Shown: positions 54,583 through 64,000 of the stretch, piece after piece
Layout: every line of letters begins with the position of its first letter
How positions within the stretch are numbered: the stretch's first letter is position 1
From: Octopus sinensis
Lineage: Eukaryota
Length of the DNA stretch: 64,000 nt
Assembly: GCF_006345805.1 (NCBI RefSeq)
Contig: NC_043006.1
Coordinates: 94,178,001 to 94,242,000 of the forward strand
Direction: 5' to 3'
The notes under the pieces: model-generated
The model's input: the letters and a program-made list of their open reading frames with translations, nothing else
What the model was told of the DNA's origin: nothing
Database searches by the model: none
Made by a program: the position numbers and the translations under genes

Positions 54583-56742
54583 TCAGTAGTTGTATTTTTA
54601 TAGCGTGCTTTCACTTCACTACCGAGTGCTGCTCTGTGTGCCTTGGGTATGTGCTGTGACTTGTTGTGATGCTCTGATGGTTATTGTATGGAAAGTGTTC
54701 TGCGTAGGATGTGTGCAGTGTCTAGTAGTGCAGTTTTCTGTATGTTATATGTGTTTGTAAGTCCTGGTGTTTTTGTTATGTATTTGCTTGAATATTTTTT
54801 ATCATGCCTAATGCACCTACTATGATAGGAATTGTTTCTATTTTTATATTTCACATTCTGGTTACCTCTATTTCCAGGTCTTCGTATTTTGAAAGTTTCT
54901 CCATTTCTTTTAGAGACACGTTGTCATCTGCTGGTATTGATACATCAATTAGAAAACATTTTTTTCTTCATAATCTCTGACAACTATATCTGGTCTGTTG
55001 GCCTTAATTTCTCTATCTGTGTATATTGGCATATCCCAAAGTATGGTTGCTTTCTCGTTTTATGTGACCTTTTCTGGTGTGTGCCTATAACATCTTTTTT
55101 CTGTTGTTATTCCATAATGTTGGCATAGCTTCCAGTGTATGTAGGTCCCAACTCTGTCGTGTCTGTGAATATATTCCTTCTTAGCCAGGACTGGGCAGCC
55201 AGAGATAATATGATTTATTGTTTCTTGTCCACCTCCACATATTCTGCAGTTACTTGTTACGATTCTTTTCCATGTTTTTGGTAATTTCTGGTGGAGAGGC
55301 TTTGGTCTTGTGCTGCAATTAAAAATCCCTCTGTCTCTGCTTTGAGTCCTGAGCTTCTCAACCATTGCTGGGATTTTTCTTTGTCTATTTCTTTTGCATT
55401 TAGTTTAGTCCAGTATTTGCCATGAAGGGGCTTTTCTTGCCATCGTTTTATCATGGTTCGTTGCTGTTCTAGTTTTAGTTTGGATTTCATTTGTTTTATA
55501 GCTTTTGTTGTTTCTTCATCTTCTTCTTCTTCATATTTGTTAGGTGGTATGATTTCTTGTTTGTATTTGTTAGCTTTCTTAAATACTGAGAACAGTTTTT
55601 TGTTTTGCTCGTGTTTTGCCGCTATTTGTATCAGTTTTCCTTCCTTCTGAAGTAGATATTTTTGCAGTCCTATGGTGGCTATTTTATAGTAGTTTTTTGC
55701 AGCTGTATAAGGCCTCTACCACCTTCTATACGTTGTATATATAGTCTTTCTATGTCAGATTTTGGGTGATTCATCCTAGATCCTGTCATTATTTTTCTTG
55801 TTTTCCTATCTATTTTGGTCAGTTCATTTAGTGTCCAGTTAAGGATATTGTAGCTGTAACTTATAACTGGGAGGGCTAAAGTGTTAATACCTATTATTTT
55901 GTTTTTAGCATTGAGCTCTGTTTTTAGTATTGATCTAACTCGTCTATAATATTCTTTTTTCTATTTTCTCTTTCATTTGTGTGTGTTGTGTCTTATCTAG
56001 TTCATTGATTTCTAAGTATTTGTAAGTTTGGCTTTGGTCTAATTCCCTTATTTCATTGGCTTTATCTAGTGTGATGTTGCTACTCTTAACTAGTTTTCCT
56101 CTTTTCAGGGTTACTTTGGCACATTTTTCTAATCCAAATTTCATATCTATTTCTTTGGTAAATCCATGAACTGTCTTTAGTAGTGTTTCCAGCTGTTTGT
56201 CATTTGTAGCGTATAGTTTTAGGTCATCCATATATAAAAGGTGGCTGATCGTTTTGCCGTAACATTTATATCCGCATCCAGTTCTATTTAGCATATCAGA
56301 TAGAGGTGACAGTGCCAAGCAGAAAAGGAGAGGAGAGAGCGTATCTCCCTGGAATATTCCTCTTCTAATGGGGATGGCTTTAGTTTTCACGAGTCCCTCT
56401 TTTGTTTGGAGCTGTAGCACTGTTTGCCATTTATTCATAGAGTGTCCTATGTATTTTATAATTGTTGGTGCGACTTTGTTCATGGCTAGTGTTTCGAGGA
56501 TCCATGTGTGGGGGATGCTATCAAACGCCTTCCTGTAGTCGATCCAGGCCATACTGAGGCCTTTCTTCTTTCTGTGGCTGTCTTTAGTTATGGATTTATT
56601 GATCAATAGTTGATCTTTACAGCCATATGAGCCTTTGCGGCATCCTTTCTGCTCTTCTGGAAACAAACTGTTTTCGTCCAGGTGCTTGTTTAATCTTTGT
56701 GATATTACTGCAGTAAATGCTTTGTACATTGTAGGGAGACAG

Positions 56743-56746
<4 letters not shown>
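54583..56746 (-). mobile_element. 5'-truncated Dong/R4-type non-LTR retrotransposon, copy 2 (different subfamily)
   Basis: ITCLPTMYK, EEQKGC, WIDYRKAFDSIPH, GIFQGDTLSPLLF, HLLYMDDLK, CRICG..ETINHIISGC; (TAA)n on both sides. Confidence 0.95.
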
Positions 56747-56821
<75 letters not shown>

Positions 56822-56834
56822 CTACTACTACTAC

Positions 56835-56871
<37 letters not shown>

Positions 56872-57054
56872 TCTACTCTAGGCACAAGGCCTTGAAAATT
56901 TTGGGGGAAGGGAGCTAGTCGATTACATCGACCCCAGTGTGTAACTGGTACTTATTTCATCGACCTCCGCGGGTTTTGCACTTAAAACCTAAAGATAGAC
57001 AATACGGCTTTAACCGTTTAGTTCGGTGTGCGAACGATTCTGTCAGCTCACCTT
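56872..57054 (-). mobile_element. Deu/Nin-type SINE, diverged
   Basis: Minus: ggtgagctgacagaatcgttcgcac...ggtcgatgaaataagtaccagttacacactggggtcgatgtaatcgact. Confidence 0.7.
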
Positions 57055-58026
57055 AAACAATAGCCATAACAACAGTAATAATTTCTTACAATATTGATGA
57101 CGATGATAATGATGATGTAAAGAAAACATCGGCCATTTGAGACAATCCAGGATCATGGATAAAAGCGTCTTGTAGGGATATTAAAGCTGTAAAAAGAAAA
57201 GAGGCAAGGCAAAGGAATTCCAAACACGTTTCATGATTCGCTACCTGAACAGCTCCTTTATAGGATCCAGTAGCTAAAGGCATCACCATCAGGAGGAACC
57301 ACATCCAGTTTTGGCCCCTCCCCCTCTCCCGTTTTCGACGTGGCAGCCCCTCTCCTTTCGGAGGAGTCGTCAGTAAAATGTAAAGAGGCAAGGCAGATAA
57401 CTCTAGTATTATCCGTTAACTGAAATTTTGTAAATTAATTACAATTTAGATGGCAATGGTTTTACAACATAGATGGCAAAAAATTATGAAATAAAGCGAA
57501 ATTGTATTTTCCCCCGAAATGTGTATATCAAGTTATGTACGTTATATTCATATGTGCTATTTAGAAATTTTTAGGATGTTCGTATGTTACACATAACATC
57601 TCACATCCTTTCTTTCACATATCTGAATGTATGTACGTATTTATGCACCATTCAGTTCAATATAACTTCGCCCATGACTACTCTCTCATCTACTCCGCCA
57701 CCTCCTCCTCCTCCTCCTCCTCTTCCTCCTCCTTGGTTCTTTCTTTCTCACAGTGTGTATATGAAACGTTGTTTACTTATTGCCAGCCACCAAGCCTAGT
57801 GTGTGCACTCACCATGTCATGCACCACTCAACTCCCTCGGTATCGCTTTTAATCTCTCTCTCTCTCTCTCTCTGTCCCTCTCTCTCTCTCTGTCCCTCTC
57901 TCTCTCTCTGTCCCTCTCTCTCTCTCTCTCTCTCTGTCCCTCTGTCTCTCTCTCTCTCTCCATCTTTCTATACCATGTAAAGTGTGATTACAGAAATTAA
58001 CCAACCAGCCAAACAGTCAACGTTTA

Positions 58027-58063
<37 letters not shown>

Positions 58064-58064
<1 letters not shown>

Positions 58065-58604
58065 ATCATCGCTGTTGTTTTACTTCGCAGAGCGCTCGGA
58101 CTTCTTTGCTCTGGCTGATTCTGCGAGAGCGGACAGTAACCTGTTATCGGCGGTCTCACAGGGTCTCCTTCCACACATTATAAGCTTTGATACTTTGTTG
58201 TTAATTATTGTGGGAGACATTTAACATGCAATGACTAATCTCAGAATCCTCGCTGTCCCCCACAGAGCAGTTTTTTTTTTTTAGTATGCCAATACCAATT
58301 TCTCTGGCATATTTCTCAAACTTGGTTGTCAGTGCTCCGAGTGTCACTAAACAACTACTGGAATAACGGACACTCTCCTTATAGTCCACATTCTTGCAAT
58401 TTCGTCTTTTAGTAGTCTGTACTTTTCAATCTTTTCTAGTTCTTTGTCACTTATGCATACATCCCCAGGTATTGCAAAATATCTATGATCATGGTTTCCT
58501 TTTTTAACATTTATCAACAATAGCTGGTCTCTGAGCATCGATTAGGGAGTCACATCGGATTTTAAAATCCCACACTATCTTACATTCATTGTTCTCGGTG
58601 ACTG
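58064..58604 (-). mobile_element. Dong/R4-type endonuclease-end fragment, copy 3
   Basis: ENNECKIVWDFKIRCD...QRP, AIPGD..I.DKE.EKIEKYR.LK.EI.RMW...V.VIPVV; TAA repeats on both sides. Confidence 0.8.
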
Positions 58605-58828
58605 TTACTATTATTATTATTGAGATTCGATGATGGTTGTGGTGATAGTAGTGGTGGTGATGATTGCACTTGTGGGGCTGATGGTGGTGGTGAAGGGGCG
58701 GGTGGGATGCTGGCATTTGAACCCAAAAGCACAACGGAAATGTCAGGTGGGTTTGACAGAATCTAATAAGAATTTCCTGTACAATATTAGCATCATTAGT
58801 AGCAGCAGCAACAATAGCAATGGGGTTG

Positions 58829-58859
<31 letters not shown>

Positions 58860-60051
58860 CAGTGCTCATTGCGGTGGTAGTCGTGATGGTGTGTGTGTTG
58901 GTGGTGGTAGTTGGCACAGCGGAAAAATGTTTAAGATGTACACGGGTTCGATATCGATGTGTGATATATTGGACAAGCGTCCTCTATGAATTTTCTTCTG
59001 TTGATTCTAGTCTTGTAAATGAAATTTAGTCGATGGAAACGGTTAGGAATCCTTCGAATGGATTGTTCGACTTATTATTAGGTTCTTTAAAGGCGGTTTC
59101 TTCACTCTCCATGCCGTTAAAAATTTCCCAAGAACGCGACGCCAGACAATTGAAAGGTGTAAGACCAGTAATTTTGACAAGTTGCTTACTTGTCAAACAC
59201 TTTATTTTACCGAAGACAAAGTTAGCCTCGACGAGATATGAAATGTGACCGTAAAGAGCCGGAGGAAATGCCGTTAGGCATTTTGTCCGACGTGCTAACG
59301 TTTCTGCCAGCTCACCGAATGGATTGCACCTCTAAGTGTAACGTTCAGTCTCATCCACACTGTGTATTTTTGGCCGAGAATTCTGCCAAGAGAACACGTT
59401 CGCAGAATAACCAATCAATTAAAGGCTACTTCACTCAGCAGATAATTCAACTAGTCATCGTCGTAAAACGACAGAGATCCATTGAGTACTTTTACTCAAA
59501 AGAGAGCTTAACGTTAAGAAAAAAAAACGATGGACGTCGTTAGTTATGTAATTCCTTTACACTAGGCCTGAAAAAATTAACTGGAAGGTCATGGATGGAA
59601 TGCCCCTGGTCATAGGTGGTAGTTGTGTGACGATCAGAAGACACTTCGGACTAAAACAGCGATAACGACGGCGTGCACAAGACTATATTTCTCATGTCAA
59701 TTTGTTTAGTCAATATGGCCGTGGGTCTCTTGGTTTTGGCGTTGCGTGATTGGAGTTGCCTATGCAAACATCCTTTCTTTCATTTTTTATATGCCTATTT
59801 ACCTGTTCTTGCTTCGTGTGACATTTTTCTTTTCTTCAAGCTCAAGGGGACCTGTTTTGAAGGCATGGAGACCTTCAAAATTGTCGTAACGACGGAGTTG
59901 ATGGGAATCCCGGATGATTCCTCCCAGCAGTGCTTAGAAGCGTGGAGGGCAGGACAGACGTTAGATTCAAAGGGAAACCATGTAGTTTGTTGTTTGAAAT
60001 TGAAATAAACTGTGAGACACCAGTCCCGTTACTTTCCAGACAAACCTCGTG

Positions 60052-60085
<34 letters not shown>

Positions 60086-60108
60086 ATATATTATATATAT
60101 TATATATA

Positions 60109-60152
<44 letters not shown>

Positions 60153-60194
60153 ATATATATATATATAATATATATTATATATATATATTATATA

Positions 60195-60241
<47 letters not shown>

Positions 60242-60337
60242 ATATAAATTATACAATTTTATGCAAAGATTGTTAACTTTAACAATGCCCAGAAACAGGC
60301 TAGAATGAAAGTGCTCTAATTGAGCTAAGTTCCAGCT

Positions 60338-60477
60338 TATAATTTCAATGGAAGCAATACCAGCGGAAAACTAGAGAAACACGACCTATTATCCAATAGA
60401 ATATTCAATATATATGTGTACTTTCATTGGACCTCAATAAATCAATATAAAATTTTCCGCTGGTATTGCCTCCATTG

Positions 60478-60485
<8 letters not shown>
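60338..60485. repeat. 33-bp inverted repeat with 82-nt spacer inside a (TA)n-bounded island
   Basis: tataatttcaatggaagcaataccagcggaaaa / ttttccgctggtattgcctccattgaaattata (1 mismatch). Confidence 0.8.
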
Positions 60486-60528
<43 letters not shown>

Positions 60529-60565
60529 TATATATATAATATATAAATATATATATATAATATAT

Positions 60566-60607
<42 letters not shown>

Positions 60608-60608
<1 letters not shown>

Positions 60609-60769
60609 ACGGGCTTCTTTCAGTTTCCATCTACCAGATACACTCACAAGGCTGTGGGTGACCCGAGACTATACTAGAAGATATTTACGCAAGGTGCCAC
60701 GCAGTGAGACTGAACCTGGAACCATGTGGTTTGGAAGCAAACTTCTTGCCACATAGCCACGCCTGCGCC
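60608..60769 (-). mobile_element. tRNA/CORE-type SINE head
   Basis: Minus: ggcgcaggcgtggctatgtggcaagaag...ggttcagtctcactgcgtggcaccttgcg...tggtagatggaaactgaaagaagcccgtc. Confidence 0.85.
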
Positions 60770-61346
60770 CATATTTGTGAATTTTGTTTGACAAAAGTTA
60801 ACAGATAAATTAAATTATTTCACCAGCCTCGCACTACTTGACTTCCATTGAAGGATGTATTTAAGGTCTAGAGTGGGCATACACAGATGAGAATATGTGC
60901 AGGAAGAGACAATTAATAAATCTGCGCTCAAATCTTTCTCCTCCCAAATAAACTGTGTTTTTCAGCCATCCTCGTTTTATACGTATGAATCATATTATTT
61001 ACACATCTCGCGAGGTGTTGATTTAATCACACGTAATAACGAATGATTGGCACCTAGACACCTTTTAAAGAACAAACTAAAAGCAGCTAGGTGGAAATGG
61101 ATTTTGGTGGTAGTGGTGGTGGAGGTACTTGGACTTGTTTCCTCATCAAAATTACATCACTTGCAAAAAGAATGAAGAAACAAATAAAAAAAAGGAAAGG
61201 AAAAAAACGAAAAAACACCCTTTTCTTTCACAAAAAGTAAAACTAAATTGTCTTGAAATATAAAGAGGTAATAGAAAGTTACTTAATCATTTGCTCAACA
61301 GATGTAACTTAAAATTGAAGCAATAATAATAATAATAATAATGGTA

Positions 61347-61397
<51 letters not shown>

Positions 61398-61907
61398 GTG
61401 ATAATTATGATGATGATGATGATGATTTTGATGGTGATAATTATGATGTTGATGATGATGAGGATCAACATGGTAGAGCTAAATATTAAAAAAATAAATA
61501 AATTCAACGCAAAATTAAAATGGCGTTCAGACGTAATTACTGATTGTTTTGCGCTTGTAAACGTTACCGAAAGTTGGAAAAATATGAAAAAAAAATTTTA
61601 AGAGAAAAACAAAAAGCTTGCACATTAAATTAAGTTAATTTGAGGCTAAATTAAAAATAAAATAATAAAAATAATGAATAAATAAATATTTTAAAATTTA
61701 TTTATTTATTTATTCATTAAGCAAAAGACCTAATTAATTAATTAATTAATAGAAGAATTTAAATGTTTAACTGGAGGGAAAATATTACAACGCCAATAGC
61801 AACGTTTTGAAAGCATGACCTCAGGAGCAAAAAGTCTGTCTAGCACATTATCCGTCCGGTATTGACACCACTTAAATCTAATAATCAAGAACAATAGAAA
61901 AACCAAG

Positions 61908-61941
<34 letters not shown>

Positions 61942-62925
61942 ATACTCATATACAAATGGACGCATGCGCACTTATATTTTATCAATTAAATATTTTAGAC
62001 AAAGTGGACTTGTTTTACGTTTAGCACTCAATACATGAAACAGGTATAGAGTTTCAAATAAAGTATGCATGTATATATGAATATAAACACACACACGCAC
62101 ACACACACGCATACATACACACAGATACACACATACACAGATAAAGAAGGGATGTATGTACCAGTTTATATATAATTATATATGTGTATATATATATGCA
62201 TATATAGATGGATACACACATACACATGTAATGGATATGTGCAAGTACACACAAATCTTCACATATTTATATATATTGCAACAAAAAAATGCACTTTAAT
62301 TACAACAATGGATTATAATAACTGTTGTGATTTAATCATCCATAGTCTGATATGATATTTCAGAATATAGAATTTCCTTCTTCAGATATCCCTAGAGATT
62401 GATCGAGTCACTGTTGCAATCGATTTTCCAACGATTTTTTCCCTTTTTTTTCCCTCAGAAGTGTCTCTGCACTAGTCTCACGAAGCTCCTTCCGGAATTC
62501 CTCGTGAGAAGTGCGTCAGCGCGGCCATGTCTCAAGCTCTCTTAATCTACTTTTTGTGAGCCTTAAAACCTAAAGCACAACAAAACTCAACTTTCTCTAC
62601 AATGACTATCGCAACCTGAATTGGACACACCTTTTTATGCGGCGGTTACTTCCACGCTTGATTGAACCCTAAACAATAACATAATTCGTTCATCAAACCA
62701 AAGAAAATCTCACATCACCATACTTTCTTTCTCTTTCATCCCTTCTGACACGTTTATTTTCCCATCCTATCTCCACCTCGTCTAATAATCAGTTTATATA
62801 GCTCCACTTACCCACAAGAAGCGACTATGTAACCTACCGCCCACGGTTTACGTAACTTGTTATGTCACTTTCATTCGAAGTCTCTGTCGCAAGCAAATGT
62901 GGTGGACGAGGTTGTAAGGACTGAA

Positions 62926-63176
62926 TTTACAATATTTACATTTGACGGATATTTGTCCTCATCTTGTTTGTTGTTAACACAATGTTTCGGCTGATATACT
63001 CTCCAGTCTTCATCGGGTGTCTTGTGGAAATTTCGAACCTGGGTTCTCTTTCCTAGGGTATGAAGGCTAGAGGGTATATTAGCCGAAACGTTGTATTAAC
63101 AGCAAACAGGATGAGGATAAATATCTGTCAAATGTAAATAATATACATAATTCCTCATCTCTTAAAAATAGAACTG
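62926..63176. mobile_element. Fold-back Penelope-type non-autonomous element with 13-bp TSD and minimal HHR motifs
   Basis: Arms about 62933-63018 and 63060-63140 are inverted; tgtaagga(c/g)tgaa at 62913-62925 and 63177-63189; arm consensus gatgaa-ggct..agcc-GAAACGTT-gtgtt. Confidence 0.75.
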
Positions 63177-63782
63177 TGTAAGGAGTGAAGTCAAACACTT
63201 TCCACTTCAGTTAAGTCCTCATTGACATTGTCAAGTTCTATTTGGAAAGGAAAATGAGGTTGGAGAGGGAAACGTTTTTCTTCAAAGGTAGTTGACTATG
63301 GCAAAAATGGTCTCAGTGAATCGAACTACTCCAGATTGGAAAACTACAGTTAGGGGAGAGAAACTGGGCTTCTTTGACGGGCCCTAGCTGGAGCCTCTCC
63401 AGTCTGTATCAAGGGGAGAGCATTGTTGTTCAGTTCATATACTTTGTAATTTTTCATTTCATTTCTTCCTTTTTCTCTTTACCTGAATTTATGTAACACC
63501 CCACCACCACTACCTCTTTAATTGTAGCCTGTCTTTGTATTACTCGCCTTCTAATGTATCTGTGGCAATATAAAAGAAATCATCGTCATCATCACCATCG
63601 CAAGCACCACCAAACACGAACATCACTACTACCACCGCTACCACCACTACTATCAGCACACCAACACCCTTCATCGCCTCCGACATCATCGTCAACAACC
63701 CCACCACAACCACGAAGACTACCATAACCATCCATCACTACCATCAACACAACCTCCCCCACCCCGTCATCACTGATGATGG

Positions 63783-63834
<52 letters not shown>

Positions 63835-64000
63835 GCTGTGAATGAGTTTGATTCTGTGTTTAAACTGAGACTTGCCAACCAGTCCGTAATGAATCCACCA
63901 CCAAATTAGATCAAGTGTTGAACTACGTCAACACAATGGAGATTTACATCTGACCAAATAGATAACCAATTGTGCTGTTGCGCCCCACCCCAACCCCCGC

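Noticed and set aside
55944-56885. 313-aa ORF as an intact gene with a hydrophobic N-terminus
   Set aside because: The poly-Ile leader is the (TAA)n tract read in frame with a 5'-truncated RT.

Overview
Gene-poor, repeat-saturated animal genomic DNA. The SINE families and dense (TA)/(CA)/(TATG)/(GATA)/(TAA) microsatellites suggest an Octopus (cephalopod) genome, which is an inference. No intact host gene is supportable and almost all listed ORFs are microsatellite translations. Recognisable elements are a near full-length degenerate RTE LINE (34-38 kb), three co-oriented Dong/R4-type RLE retrotransposons embedded in (TAA)n (52.5-58.6 kb), maT/mariner/hAT remnants and MITEs, many tRNA-derived SINEs, and a 100-N gap. 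The most interesting signal is a set of non-coding elements carrying type-I hammerhead ribozyme (HHR) motifs, mostly inserted in (TA)n. These include ~480-bp tandem units (10.2-11.7 kb, 24.3-25.0 kb) whose HHRs have a long hairpin grafted onto stem II with compensatory changes between families, a second extended-stem-II family (29.5 and 31.1 kb), and fold-back elements with outward-facing minimal HHRs and target-site duplications (0.7-1.4 kb, 62.9-63.2 kb). Together they look like a retrozyme / Penelope-mobilised system that could produce circular RNAs. Activity and novelty are untested.
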